Positions 25,711-40,900 of a stretch of 64,000 nucleotides of DNA are shown in pieces. Location: the NCBI GenBank assembly GCA_964270895.1, contig OZ185439.1; one strand, written 5' to 3'. The position numbers and the translations under genes are program-made. Below the pieces are notes generated by a model that saw only the letters and a program-made list of their open reading frames with translations, did not search any database and was not told the DNA's origin. This DNA comes from Podarcis filfolensis (lineage: Eukaryota). Numbering within the stretch: position 1 is the first letter of the stretch; each line of letters starts with the position of its first letter.

Positions 25711-28700
25711 AGAGGGGTCAGAAGATCCCTTAAACATAACAAACATTATTGGGTGGGCTCTCTATAACATTAATTTCATTAAACTGCGTTTTATTTGTAA
25801 ATACAGACCTAGTAACAGATTAATTACCCTTTAACCCATTTTAACCATGCATTTTCTGCACATTTAAATTTGTTAGAAGGTGGTAAAAGGTCAAGTTTCT
25901 TAATTTTTCCATGCATGTTTGAATGGTGAATTGAGCTTCTATGAGGAAAAAGCAACCCATTATTTCTTACATTATTTTAGTTACTCTGCGTTAATCCACT
26001 ATACTCTGGTCCTAAGTATACTGACTCGTATTTAAGTCTCAATAATTTCAGTGAAACTGATTATTAAGAAGGGACTTCTTGCAACATGCACGCAGGGGTT
26101 TTAAACTTTTAAAGATGCCCCTGTAGCTGTGCCTTTAACAGCATTTTGATCACCAGACATCTCCCTGCAAGGAAAGCTTCAGCTGCTGATTTCTAGCCAG
26201 TCAAACTGCTGTTAAGAACACAAGAGCAGCCCAAGCCCCCACCCCCTTTTCTCATTTGGCCACTGTACACTGAAGGGGTGAGGTGGGTTAGTGTCCTGGG
26301 AAGAGGACTGAAACATGCCCCACTTCAGACATAAATTTTCCTGAGCAATTAGCTGGATCAGTGTCATGTAGCCCAATCCTGTTCCTGTTTACTCAGAGGT
26401 AAATCTCAGTGGAACTCGGCTAAGTATGCAAAAGGTTTCAGCATTAATCTTAATGTCAATGCATACACACTCCTCCGTGTAAGTTTACTGATTCTGAGAA
26501 TGGGCCCCTTTAGGCTTCCTTTACAATGCAATATGTAAATTGGTGAATCAGTCAAGTTAGTCTCCAGTCCCCAACCCAAGTCAGCTAGGGACCAATTAAC
26601 ATGTTCCTCCATGACCTTTTGAGACCATGGCAGCCATGGTTTTTCACTGACCTGTTACTTCTATCCACACTAAGCCTGTTGTGTATTTTGACCACCACTA
26701 GACTGAACTCAGACAAATTTACTTCTGGCGCTTGATCATAACCCCAGCTATTTCAAATGGCTGCAGTCAGGAATCAAAATAGTCTTTGCTGTGTTGTGGG
26801 TGGTGCAGTGATTAGCCTTTCTTGCTGACCCCTCCCAGCTTTTAAAGTCTAGAATGTCTTTACGCTCTCTTTTGACTAGAAACACATTGCCTTGTTGTGC
26901 TGAGTGCCTATGTTTCATATCCCATTAGTTTTTAGACAAATTTTAAGATGAGCCAAAATTCAGGAGAAACAGCGAAAGGCTTGTTGTCTTTCCTTTTTAA
27001 TTTGTGCAGGTTTGTGCCGAACAGATCAGACCTTTAAAAAAATCTGCAATATCATAGTGTTTCCTTTCCTTTAAAAACAAAATGGGGGAGGGGAGGAAGG
27101 CTTTTTGGTGTACGTGTTAAGGCAGCGTTTTTCTTTGCGAGACCTTGCTGTGAAGTTCTAATATGTCACCATTCAAATGTCAGCATGCTGTTGGAAAGGA
27201 AGCTAATAACTTAAACCTTTGAGAGCTGCCAACAAAAGAGGTAATTCAGATTGTGGAGAGAATGCCATTGTGTTCTTAGGGGAAATAGATTTCCAGAATG
27301 AAACATGCTACTTGGAAGCATTTGTCTTTTGTGTGTGTGGAAAGGGGCGACGGGGGCGGGGGGGGGGCGGGAATGTAGATTATAAACCTAAAAGATGGTT
27401 TGGCTAAGATAGCTCTCACTTTGGAGAACTAAAGGAGGAAAAGGGAGTTGACAGAAGTGGGAGTGGAAACTCCAGAAGCCCCAAATCTCTACTTTTATGG
27501 GGAAGGTGCGTAGCTAACAGTCAGCAGCCTGCACATTGTATGATTAATGCTTTTTTTTCTTAGAGCTTTTGCCTTTGGAGAGGCAGCCACAATGTGGCCT
27601 TAGCTTGTTCTCTGGAAATGTCATGTAACATACAAATTCCTTCTGTTTATCCCAACACCACTCGACAATATATGACTTGGCTTCTTCAAGTGGTTGAACT
27701 ACTGCAAGTATTAAAAAGAAAAAACAACAATGCTGCATTTTTAACGGTGGGGGCAGGAAAGAAGCAAATAAACCTGGAGTAATGCAATACTCTTCATTAA
27801 GGCATTTGTAGACAACACCCCCCCCCCCCCCCGCACATAGTTGTGGTCAGGCTTTTTCTGAGAAAAGAAACAATTGGGTTTTAGAGCCACCTACTGGAAC
27901 TGTATAAGAACTGCGTGCACATACAGTCAATAGTTTTGAGCAATGTGGATTTTTGCCATTGGTGTGGGTCACTGAAACTTCTGCCTTTTCCCTAAAGTCT
28001 CTGAGAACTTCCCCTAGGCCGACAAGCGTTCAAAATAGTTGTTTCTTTTGAACCCCCCTCCCCATTGTTGTATCCTCCTAGTATTAAGAGTTGTCACAAA
28101 ATTATTTTAATAAAGTAAAGGCGAAGGCTTGCTTTGAGTTTGATAAATGAACAGAGGTAGCCAGTGCTTTTAGAATTAGTTCAAATATCTTATTTGAACA
28201 TTTGTCTTTTATCAAAGTCCTGTGAAAACTGTTCTCCATAATGCAGGTTCTGAGTGAAACAATAAGACAGTGAGCTTTTCTTCCTAAAGTCATCTTTTTA
28301 TAGGCCTTTGGGGATCACAGATAAGGTTCTCCTACCCCTAAAGGGCAGCCAGCAGGGCTGGGACCAGTGAGGTTCCCCTCTGAGCGCCTGGGCTCTCAGC
28401 CAGTGCCCCACCTGCCCCACTACTGGAATTAGCTCTGATTTGGTTGTTCTTCCTATTCCTTTTCAGAGCATAGCCATCAGGTTAGGTTTCCTTCCTTCTT
28501 CACTACAGGCTGCAAATTCAAACGTGCAAATGATGCTTTGATGTTTGATGGGGCTGTTTAGGTGGAGTTTTCCTTTTCACACAGGAAGCTAAGACTGTGA
28601 TCCGAGGTATATCTACCAGGACTAACCTGGAAATACAAGCTTAACCAAGTAAAGCTCTGCAGAACAATTCTGCACATCCCTGTGGATCAGGTTGCATAGT

Positions 28701-29494
28701 AAACTTTGAGTGATATCTGGCTATGTGCTTACCCAAGGCATTGCAGTTGTTCTTTATGATTAATTTGGTGTATCCCAATGCTTATAATACAGACTGGATT
28801 GTCATTCTATTATTGACTTCCTACCTATTTGCCCAATGGAATTATCACTCACCCCCTGCTGGTGTAACTAGGAGAAAAGTTGATCCTTGTGTGTGGTGTG
28901 CCTTTATTTATTTATTTTTTAAAAGACTGCATTTGAATATACCTGTCTTCTTAGTTGGCACTTCAGTAAGCAATTTTATTCAATGAATTACCTGTACAGC
29001 CCATGTTATAGGAAGATTTGTGAATTGTCAGCAAGCATTAATAATACTTTGCTTGTCACACAGCTTGCTCTTGAGCATATTTCTTGATGGAAATACAGCT
29101 TTCTTTGCATAGGAATAATAGCTATTGGGATAAATCTTCTGCCAGATTATTTTGGCTTCGGGACTGCTACTGAGTAACACTATTTGTGCTTCTGGCCCAG
29201 TGCTGTCCACTCTTAATTAGCAACAGCAATCCAAGATCTCAGACAGAGGACTTTCCCAGCAAAGTTGGTTGGTAGGTAGATAGCTACCTCAGATCCTTTT
29301 TCTACCTGAAAGTGCGAGGAACTAAATGAGACCTTCTGCATGCAAAAATGTGCTCTACCGCTGAATTGTGGCCACTCCTTTGTGGCACCAACATGGCCAA
29401 TATGACCTCATATTTTTGCTGCAACATATATGTAGAAAATCCCCTCTTGGTTACTGTGTGCTTCTTGTCACTTACTTGCCGTTCTCTCTGTCAG

Positions 29495-29597
29495 ATATAT
29501 TACAGAGTGGTGAAAGACATTGAAGCTGGAGAAGAGCTCCTTCTGTTCATGAAGACTGAAGACTATTTACACGATCCTATGGCTCCAGACATTCATG
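29495..29597 (+). CDS. MECOM: MECOM exon: end of the PR domain and the EVI1 start codon (ATG 29549)
   Basis: tctctctgtcag|ATA ... CAT G|gtcagc, 103 nt. Translates IYYRVVKDIEAGEELLLFMKTEDYLHDPMAPDIH. Confidence 0.96.
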
Positions 29598-29728
29598 GTC
29601 AGCAATTTCTTATGGCAGATTGTCAAATAACTTATACAGAAAGTTACCTAATTATCAGCACTTAGAGCAAATTTATCCTCTCGCATTGGTCGAAGGCCAC
29701 TGAGAGTAATGACTGATTTGCTTTACAG

Positions 29729-29945
29729 AGGAGCGTCAGTATCGGTGTGAAGACTGTGACCAGCTGTTTGAGTCCAAAGCAGATCTCGTGGACCATCAGA
29801 AATTCCCATGCAGCACACCTCACTCAGCATTTTCGATGGTGGATGAGGAATTTCAGCCAAAGCTTGACAAGGAGAATGACCTCCATGATATGCATGACAT
29901 TCAAGAGTGCAAAGAATGTGACCAAGTGTTCTCTGATGTGCAAAG
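29729..29945 (+). CDS. MECOM: MECOM exon: zinc finger 1 and the first half of ZF2
   Basis: gctttacag|AG GAG ... CAA AG|gtagga, 217 nt. Translates [28 protein letters not shown]...[13 protein letters not shown]. Confidence 0.97.
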
Positions 29946-30015
29946 GTAGGAACAGGCATATTTTAAGAGAAACAAAACATACATAGACACCATATAAAAT
30001 ATATATAATATATAT

Positions 30016-30040
30016 GGTAAAAGGTAAAGGACCCCTGGAC
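30016..30040 (-). mobile_element. Short Sauria SINE 3'-end remnant
   Basis: ggtaaaaggtaaaggacccctggac is the reverse of the tail seen at 22056 and 47499. Confidence 0.6.
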
Positions 30041-31962
30041 GAAAGACCCAAATCAATCTTTATTTTATTTCAAAAATTATTTATTTTATTTCTATTTTTA
30101 TTTTAAAATATTTAGTAACTGATGATCATTAGAGAATTCCATAGCGGTTTGCAACTTAAAAATAGCTAATAAAAAATTGCCAATAAGAAAACATAAAGTA
30201 ATTCAAACAAAAACTAACAATAAGCCAACAGCAGAAAGTGAGGAATTACAACACAGTAGAGGATAGTGTGTAAACCAGTCATCAGGTCTTGATTCATAAC
30301 AAACAAACAAATTACCCATGTTTGCCAAAAGACAGCAGTGCGGAATTTGTCTTGATGTTTTTAGAAATAGAGTTCTAGAATCTTGGGGTTCCTGATCATG
30401 TCTAATACAGATTTCACACAAAAAATGGAAGGGAACTGATCTCATGGTCTCAAGTGGGGGGACGGGGGACGGATGGACTCATATAGGAGGACATGTCCCT
30501 GCTGTGCTCAGTGAGTATGCAATGCCTAGAGAGGTCAAAAGCTACAAAGTTGGCAAGAACTACACTTCTAGTGTTGGTGGGGATGGAAGAGGTCAGAGAT
30601 GCACTTTGAGTATTTGCTAAAGGACAAGGAATAAATATGTAAAAATTGGTGTTTTAAGATTTATAGCTGCTAAATTATTTTAAGTTCCAGCTAATTATGA
30701 AGGCAGTGTCTGGTTTTGAAAGTCAGCGCACAAACAGAAACCATTTTCAGGCCAGGGTTCTCTTGGATAAGTGAGCACATCCACTGTTGGGAAACTACAA
30801 TATCACTGCAGCAAAAATGCAACCTTGAGGGAAGATGTCTGGACTTTAGGAACAGATGGATGACAACTCTGCATGACTCGTGCTTAGAAAACTCTTCTTT
30901 GGGGAAAGCCTTTAAGGGTATTAAAGGCTCAGAACAAAGGCCAGAAAAAAAATATCAGCAAAAGACAAATCATAAATTGCTCTGCCACTGAGAGGGAGAG
31001 GGTGAAAAATGAGAACCGTCAGCCTGGCTGAAAAACATTTAAATTATTTAAAGTCCAATACATGACAGAAACAGTTCAAGGAAAAAGAATATAGAGAAAA
31101 TATTCTATTTCAAAAAAATGTTCAGGTGGCAATTGGAATTGTTGATATATATGCAAGCTGGTGTATGTGTAATTAATGGGGGGGGGGGGGACACAGCCAA
31201 ACACCATTTTAAATCTATGTTGTGGATTAATGGTGGAAGTAATAGTAAATTACATGTGAAATATTATGAAAGAAAACAGTAACATTAAATAAGACGAGAA
31301 GCATGACTCATAGCTACACATAACAGTGACAGATTGGATTCTACAGCAGATGCAGAATAATATTACTTATTTATTTATCTGGAATGTTTCTAATCCTGCT
31401 TTTCAATCCAAAGGCTCTTAAAGCAGCTAACACACATTAAAAACACAATCAGTCCAATTAAAAATTACAAGGAAACCAGACAGAGTGGCAAAATATGTTA
31501 GTATCAAGTCAGGTGAAAAATCTAAAAAGCTACAATATAATAAAAATTATATTGTAAAATATAATTTAAACATGTAAAGGCCTGGCCTTCACCTGTTGCC
31601 CAAAAGACATTAAACTCTCATGTTTTGGTTGAGTCAAATAAGATATCGCTGCAAAAACCATATTCCACTGGATCAGTAGGCAGCGAGAGCCTCTCTTTCT
31701 AGTGTATCATCTCCTAAGGGCCAGGTCATATGTTGAGGAAAGACGTAGCAATGTATTGGCTGAGTGTGCTGCACACACATTAAGAGGTTCTTACTCCTCC
31801 AAGAACTGCTTCTAAGGTTTGATTCACTGAAGCATTTGTAATATGGGATAGTCAATACGGATTAAATTTTTCACTGAATACGGTAGGTTGAACCAGTCTT
31901 GTGAATAGTCCCAATTAGCAGCCGCACTTCTTAACAACTACAAAAAGTGTATATTCTATTTA

Positions 31963-32174
31963 GAGTAAGCAGAGTCCTACTGGATCAGACCAAGAAGGCC
32001 CATCTAGTCTGCCAATCTGTTCTCACAGTAGCCCACCAGATGCCTATGGGAAACTCACAAGCATGATACGCATGCTCTCCTGCTTGTGTTGCCTAGCAGC
32101 TGGTATTCAGAGGCATATCGCCTCTGATCCGGGAGGTAATACATAATCGCCATGACTAGTAGCCATTGATAACC
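31963..32174 (-). mobile_element. CR1-type LINE 3' fragment
   Basis: ctggatcagaccaag...cccatctagtc...ctgttctcacagt...ccagatgcctatgggaa...gactagtagccattgata; shared with 53486 and 61068. Confidence 0.7.
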
Positions 32175-32439
32175 ACCATCTCTATCACACCCCCTCTTAC
32201 GTGTCCTTTTCCTAAGCAAAAAACATTGTAACCTCGAATTTTATTGATTTCTATAAATCTACTGTGACTGTGGCTAACATTGTGCAATCCTATGGGTGAT
32301 ATTCATCGTAGGAGTGGAGATTCTTATTCTATGACTACTTTGATTCCCTGAACTGAAATAAGTTCCTCTTCCTGAAATAGGCTCCTGTCTCTTCACTTCT
32401 TGGAACAGGAAAAGGTCTATGCAGTTCCAAAAACCTTGA

Positions 32440-32634
<195 letters not shown>

Positions 32635-34684
32635 TGAAATTGTAGGGTGCCTGGAATTTTGTATATGCACCGTTGCTTATGATATGTAGAGTCACATTTT
32701 GAGCATCTTAGGTCTGGCTTCAGCACTGAAGCACATGATACCCTCATACAACGTTTCCACTGGACTGGACCACTTCAGGCAACAGGTAGGGGATCAGATT
32801 TGAAAGCTTCTCTCATGTACAAATGATTCCCTGCATATGTAAGGCAAGATGCCCACAAGAAGGCTAGCTCAGAACCTTCTCCCTGACATTTTTGTGCGTG
32901 CTTGTTTTGTATGTGCTGTAACGTGTTTTTGTTAATGTGGGAGAGCGTTCAAACTTGATTCATCCATCTGCAGCCTGAAATGTTTCAGGGCATCACATGA
33001 AGCTGCTGATAGTGACATCTAACTCAGAGCTTGGTACATATTTTGCACGTATGGGGTCACTTTGATGTTGTAGAGAGCACACCCGCCTAAGCAAGGGGTC
33101 TGAAATCCGTTGATGGTTTTCAGTCAGATGGACTATTCTTATCTAACATAACAGAACTCTTAATATATCAATACGGAAAGGCAACTGATTGAGTGCCAAA
33201 ACTACTTGTGTGACTACTGAAACTAGGATTTAGGGTTGTATAGAGTTTTGTGGCAATTAAGCCATTGTGTTGTGTCAGCTGTTTACTCTCATTGCTTGAA
33301 CAATATAACAAAAGGGAAATAATACCATCCACTATACGCCTTTTGGGAGCAGATTATATGTGAGAATCTGTATATATGACATTGTAGAAGACAAATAACT
33401 GCTTATGAGATGCTGTGTCATGGTATTGACTGTCTGCTCTTACGTGAACTGCTTGGAGCACAAATCTATTTGTGTAAAATACAGCATAAAAAAAATTGTC
33501 CGTGCCTATGGTTTCAGTGCCACAAATGAAACATGGAGGATGGGTGCGTGGGTGTAGCAGAAACGTTTAGTAAATTTAGTAACTATCAATAGGTCTTATT
33601 GATGACATTGTTCTGAAATATATTTGAATAGTGTTGCAGAAAATGCTTGCTGAGTTTTGTTTCTATGAAGGCTAAGCAAACACTTGAGATTATGAAGGCG
33701 ATGGAGATAATTTCTGGGACCTATCCATTTAGGATCCCAGCAACATGCAGCAATATGTATTTGGCTCATCCCCTAGGGAGCTACAGTCCAATAAACAAGA
33801 ATTACTGCCCATTTGCAACCCATCCTCCATTTTCTCTACTTAACAAAACAGGGCAAGGATAAGCTTTGACAGTCAGGACATTGCAGTTCTTAGTAAACCA
33901 TGAGTAGGGACCTGGTTTAGGAATATCAGAAACAGACAGAATTAGGGGTTTAAGAAAGAAGCGAATAGTTGCAAACTGTACTGGAATGGTAATGATGATG
34001 ACAACAAAAGTACCAAAGGTTAGGTTCAGATTTAGCTATGCTTAGGCTAGACCTATTGAAAGTCATGTCTAACTAAGTCACATTTCAGTGGATCTACTCG
34101 ATAAGTGTCCTTTGCAGGATCCAACCTAATATTTACATCTGTCTATTGCTGTCTTTACATTTTATTATGCTGGAAATGGCTGCTATTGTTACTATACAGT
34201 TTACAAATTCTAAAATGTATTTTCTCTTAAATACTGTATACCCTCAGTGAAGCTAAACATGCAAAATAAATGAAACTGCAGAGATGTTTTAGTACTTCTG
34301 CACATTTTCAAACCACTTTGAAACTGGTTTAACCATTATGGCATCCTCCAAAACCCCCTGAGAGTTGTACTTTTGATGGTTAGTGGCTAGAAGCCCCTAG
34401 CTTCATCACAGAATTTAGTTTCCAGGGTTTCTTGTATGGGAGCCAGGGCACTTAAGTGTGCTTGACGCTGTTTTAACTGTGTACTGTAGACAGGCCTTAA
34501 AAGTCACCTCTTCTTTTAATTCACTTACATAACTGAACTCGCATAAACTATTAAAAAAAGCCAACTTTTGCCTATTTCATATGCAATGCCTCCTGGTTTG
34601 ACTAGAGTCTTGTGCAATTGCTGGTGTTGTTGCTTTTCCTTGTCTGCATCAAAGTTTCGTGTTTAATCAGTACTCATTTCCTAG

Positions 34685-34855
<171 letters not shown>

Positions 34856-37837
34856 TAACCACTAAGCTTCTGTGTCTGTCTGTTTTTTTTTAGCAAGATG
34901 CGGAATCAGATAAACATGCTCCCATTGAAGCATTAGCAATCCCAACGGTCTTTAATCAGACAGTTCCTAACTGTCTTTAACTGGATTGTGCCTTTAATCA
35001 GAAAAATAAAATATTGTGTTGGTGGAAAGTCTGGAGCCGTATATTGCACTGACAAGCAATTTTCTTACTCGTATCAACCTCTGTAGTTCTGGGACTTGCT
35101 CAAGAAGTGTTCGGGGAGGACTTGTCTTATTTTAGGCAGCAGAATTATTAGAAATTTAATTTCCAGTCTCAACATATGGTCTTCACTCATTACTTTCCCC
35201 ACAAGCAGATACTCTAGCAGATTTAACTGTAGGAAGTTAAATAAGACTTAAGGAACATAATTTCGGCTGCAATCCTAGACACGCTTAACATGAGAATGAG
35301 TCCCAATGAACCCAATCGGGCTTACTTGTTAATAGGATTATACTGCCAGCTTATTGTTCTATGAATGTACGGGAACCCTTGGTATAAGAATAATTATCTG
35401 CAATCTCCCAGGTACAGAAAGGGCACCTAGCAACAGATGCCTTGCAAAAGCTCTGCATATGGTGTCCGTTCAGTCATTATGTGACAGGGAAGCTGGGGTC
35501 ACTTTCCCATGTGGCATGGCTGACTGAAGGCCTGCCACTCCCTTTCTTTCTCTGTGTATGTATGTGTCTATGTAGCATCAGCACTCTTGTCACATTTCAT
35601 TTCAGGTGTATTCCTCACTACCAAATTGGCACAGTGGTTGGTTATGCATGCTTCTTTCCTCGCACTTTTAATTTTATGTTTTGCAAAATAAATGCTGAAT
35701 TTGTACAATCTGCTTTCATGCACACCCTAATAAATGTGATCCTATGTGCTTAAAAAGTGCATGTGCCAAAACAGGATAGTGAAGGAACCAAGTCTGGTTT
35801 GTGCTAGAAGTAGTCAGTGAATGAATGAATTGCTGAAAATAGCACCTGACCACTAAAGGCCTTTGAGAACCACATAGAGATTACTTCAAAATCACAGAGT
35901 GAGTCTGCTATAGTTTCCAGGGTACTTGCAGTGTAGCCACAAGACGTACCTTGTTTTTGTAATCTACTTCACCTTTCTCTTTTGAACTTCAAAAGATGTC
36001 ACCCTGGGCTACGGCTGTGGTAGGAAACTTGCATGGAGCAGCATCAACGACATAGACAGCCAAGGGTATGTGGGATGATGGAATGCAACGTAGCGCAGAA
36101 GAAAGCAGACGGGAGGAACCATGTAGAAATCAGGAGAGGAATACAAACTCAGAGGAAGGCTGTAGAGCCAGAATTAAGCCTACACATTCATTTGCTCCTA
36201 AAAATTCCACCCCCAAAGGCATTCCCATGGCATGAACTTTCCTTCCCTGAAGTAATGATCATGGAGGAGATCCTCTGCTGCATGCTGCTATTGAGGATAG
36301 CCACTTCATGATGCCTGCTCTCCATTTGGTTAGCGCTTGTAAACCTTGTGGCAAGGAGGTGAGAATTCACTACAGGGATGCTGCTTTTGGTTCCCATATG
36401 GACCAGCTCTTGAAGGAGAGCACTCCGCGTATTTTTCCTGCCTGTTTCATTTCAGAAGCTGCCTGGTATCCGAAGCCTCTGTGGGCAATTCTGGAAATAC
36501 TTTTATAACCTCATTTTATATTGTGTGCTCTGGCATACTTCCCTAGGCCCAAGTCTAATTATGCTTTGAACCTTTTGTAAGTTTATTTATTTATTCTTAA
36601 TGTAGCCTCAGGAAGAAGAGCTACTGGTGGATGTGACTAATAAAGTGTAAGAAGATTCCACCAAATGAGATTCCCTTGAGCAAACCACCGAAAACCCTGG
36701 AATCATTCCAAATGATTGCTAATTTCAAAACAGCTTCTAGCTACTCTTTCCTAAAGGAAGAGGCCATCTTCATAGACAAACTCAACAAAGAATCCTTATT
36801 GACTTAGTTATGTGAGAGCCTTTCAGTAGCTGTCCACATTGAGAATTATGGCAGTGAAGCTTTATTACCGAACATATTTCATTCTACTCAGTTGCTTTCA
36901 AATTTATCTACGCAGAAGTCAAGGCAACTCAATATTTTACTATTTTTTATTTTTAAAAATGCAGATAAAAAAGTGGGGGAATAAACCAAGATGCTATCAC
37001 CACTGTTCTTGGAAGCTGTTGTTGGGGACAACTTAACTATTGGGTAAAAATAAGCTGTAAAAGAGGAGCCCAGTCAAATTGCTACCTACATCATGGATCT
37101 TGTGGCGAGTGTTTGCCTTTTCTTCACCCGTTGCCCTGAACATCCCTTGCTTCTCAGAATTTTGCAGTGGCTGCAGGAGTTATCACAGCAGAATGAAAGG
37201 TGTAGCAGGAATGAGTCTGTCTCTGAATGTATGACTTCTTTGTGTGTATCCGTTTCCCTTGCATTGTGTGTTATTCGCAACAATATGGCTGACCCTAATT
37301 CATACTTTTCCCATTAGCTGATCCTAGGTTTGAATTTTTTAAAAGATATTTGAGATACAGTAAGCCAAGTGATTGGATGATTCCAAGGCACCACTTAAGT
37401 CCTAGGTGGTGGTGTTTCAGTACAGTAAATACTTTATAGACATTTCTCTCAACTAAGTTAATATTCAATAAAACACAACAGTTTATACTGCATAGCACTT
37501 CTGGCAGTGGAACCTTTGGGAACTGTTTGGCTGAGCTGGTGTGGCACAAAATGTTCAGTTGCTCAGGGAACAAAGCATTTTGCACTCCAGCATTGGTGAG
37601 GGGAAGAAAACATCCTTGGAAGAGGTCTCAGCACATAGGGAAGAAAGGACAGGAGGCCAAGAGCTAAGCAAGCTGAAGAAAGAGAAGATGGAGAAGTCCT
37701 GAAGAAAAGGGACAAAAGGGCACAAAGTCAAAGAGGGCACAAGAAAGAGTGAGCTCTGAAGAAACACAAAGGTGTGCAAATCAGGAAAGGCTGTATGCTA
37801 TGGAGGGATAGGAATTCTGAAGGAGAGTGGCTAAAGG

Positions 37838-37972
37838 AATCAAAGAGTCATAGCTGGAAGATACCATGAGGGTCATCTAAGTCCAGCCCCCTGCAATGCA
37901 GGATTTTTTTGCCCAGTGTGGGGCTTGAACCCACAGCCCTGAGATTAAGAGTCTCATGCTCTATCGACCGAG
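37838..37972 (-). mobile_element. SINE with tRNA-Lys(CTT)-like head and CR1-type tail
   Basis: The reverse strand reads ctcggtcgatagagcatgagactcttaatctcagggctgtgggttcaagccccacactgggc, then aaaaaatcctgcattgcagggggctggacttagatga. Confidence 0.85.
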
Positions 37973-40900
37973 GAAGTGGAGCACTCAAACACTGGTGAAT
38001 GAGATATGTAAATGAAGGGAAGAGGAGCCAAGGGGGAAAAATTGGGCTGGGAACTGTGGGCCAGAGAACCAAGGGTACATTACCAGTGTAAAGCCTGATA
38101 GGAGAATTGTACTAGATGTGTCTTTTATTGTTATTGTTTCATTTGATTTGGCCACCCTACGGGGGACAACAGGTCTAATAAGTCTGTTGGTGGAGAGGCT
38201 GAATACCATTTTACATATTGATTTGAAACAAGCAGCCAATGTTTTGACTGCAGGCTTCTACTCCACTAAAACATTTTCAATTGGAAAGTCTATGTGCTGC
38301 CCTATCCTATTGATCAACTTTAGCAAGAGCGCTATAAACACAGCTGTTACAGTTAAAGTTAGATCTCATGGCTGCCCAAATCAACCAACTGCATGCTATT
38401 CAGGAAGATACCTTAAGGCACTGCATGACGATTAGTAGAAGCTCAGCAATAATTTGACACAGTGATGCCAACACTGTTTCCTCAGGGGATTGCTCTAATT
38501 AAAATTAAGTAAATCACGGCACACAGGGAGTTCTTATGATTGCTATATCAAGCTGTCTTGAGAGCCCTTTGGATAAAAAAACAGCATAAAAATGGAAAAT
38601 AAATACGGATCTTCCTTCTGCCCCACTGTCATCAATATCAATATGATGTTAGTAATTGTAATTAAATAGCCAATTTTTAATCTGTAGGTTAGCAAATTAA
38701 TCTTCTGATTAATTTGACATTAGACATAGACATTGAGTAGTTAATAATTGAGAATCATGTAGTTTTTTTAATTAACTACTTAATTCTAAATTATTAACTA
38801 CTTAATGTCTGTGGCTCAATTCTCATGACTCTGAAAGCAGATTGAAATATAGATTATCTGAATGTGAGGGGCAAGCAGTTTAAGATGTTAAAAGAAAACT
38901 AGGAATGGATGACTGACTTGAGCATCTTTTTTTTTTTAATCCATGTTTTGATGAAACGATCTTGCCTACCTACCCATAGGCGAGGCAAGTGGCATGTCTT
39001 TATTTCAAGACTTGCATCTCTCACGGTGGGAAGTTCAGATCACTTTTAATGTTATGTGAATCCTTCCTAATTCCCTGCCTTACCCCTCTTGTTCTGACAT
39101 TAGGTCGAACAGCATAATGTGGTTTTACTTTCTATTGAATGTACAAAGAGCTTCCAAGGAAGGATCAGTTAACAGAATTTTTAAGCTTGCTATATTGCAC
39201 TACTGGGCCACAGAATCCAGATACACACAGCATGAAGGTGTGGGGTCAAACAGGAAGCCAGTTTAATGGAGAGAGGGGCCAACCTGCAATTTCATATCAG
39301 CCCATGGGGACTTGTGGTTCAAACTCTTGAGAACCAACGACCAGCTTCCTGTAGCTCTCGAATTAACTTCTTCAGTGTACGAGAACATACTCCATACATT
39401 CATCAAGGGAGCAGTTGAATGAATCTGTGTGAGCCTTGAGTCTCAATAATATATCAACATGATTTTTAATGGCTTAAAAGAATCCCTCAGAGGGCTGTGG
39501 TCCTGCTCCTGGAATGGTTGATATTTTTATATATTTGTGCTTCAACTTATTTAAGCAAGCGAAAACATAATTAACCAGACCCAGTTATGACCGTTGTTTA
39601 AAGATTTGTGTTCCCTTGCCTGACATCACAGGGCTGTCTTTTTAATATTAGTGAAAATAAAATAATTAGTGAACAATAGCTTCCAGCCATATAGGGACCA
39701 TTCATACCCTGCGGCTCCAGTTCCTTTTTTCTTTTCTTTTCTTTAAAAGAAAATTCAGATGCTCTGCCATTCTTTTCAAATTAAATCACATGGAAAATGC
39801 TTTTCCCTACTTTTTTCATTAATCAGCAATTGCTAGTGTAACCAAAAGAGCAACTGTGATTTTTCAAATGCAAAGGATGATGGACAGAAAAAACCATAGG
39901 ACAATTATGAATAATTGCCGTGTAATTACAGAACAAAAGAATTTAAAGATCACATGTCAGGGTAGGATTTTCTGAGCGCTTGTGGCTGGGGGTAGAGGGT
40001 CACCTAGAGCAGAGATATCTGATTCCCAGCAAAAAGGCCACACACCATGCTGTACCTTCTCAGTCTGTTTATGGCAACTGTCTCTCGTTACAGTATGCCG
40101 CCCTGGCTTGGGAGCAAACTCACCAACACCAACTCACCAACACAAAGGTAATTACACACTGCCTGCCTTCATAAAACCTCCAGCTTGCTCAAATAGAAAC
40201 CACATGTTGGAATAGACAGCAATGCATTAAAAATAGCACTTAACAGTCATGTGTTTAATAAGCAGAAAATATGCGAACTTCACTTCTAGCTAATTTCTTG
40301 GTCCTAAATGCTTAAGTCATTGATGGATTATAATGTATTTGGTATCTGGTGTGGGAAGGATTGCAATGGTTAGATGAGTACAGAGTCAAGACGGTGTTGA
40401 AAACATAGAGGCCGGGAAATAAGACCCCTGGCTTGGAAATTTAAAGCAAATGTAAGGTTATAGAATATAAGGGTTTATCAAGGTGGAAGAGAAAATGTCT
40501 CACTGTAGATCCACTCCTGTAATAGCTTGACTTGGCTTAGTTTAAAGTAAAAATGTATATTGAAGTTAAAGGGACTGGCAGGGTTGGAGTGCTACACTAA
40601 GAATGAAGCTTATTGGTCTCTTCACATTCTACCATGCATTAGGCAATCCTTTTCCACCCACGACAAATTTTAAGGCACTTTCATTCTATTTACTTGCACA
40701 AAAATACGTTCATCTCCATTTCAACGCTGTCTTTGTCACAAGAATTCAAATGAATGCATCCTATGTTTTCTTTTACGCTCTCTGTTATTGTGAGCTTCTG
40801 ATTACCATAGATTGAAGACAAACAATAATGAATGACCATTGCCATCACAACCTTTCCTGTGAGCTTCCTGAGGCATTTAATTCACTACTGCAGCCTTGAG

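Noticed and set aside
37905-37972. Functional tRNA-Lys gene (and tRNA-Ile at 14753)
   Set aside because: Acceptor stem and A box are degenerate, and both run directly into a shared SINE tail.
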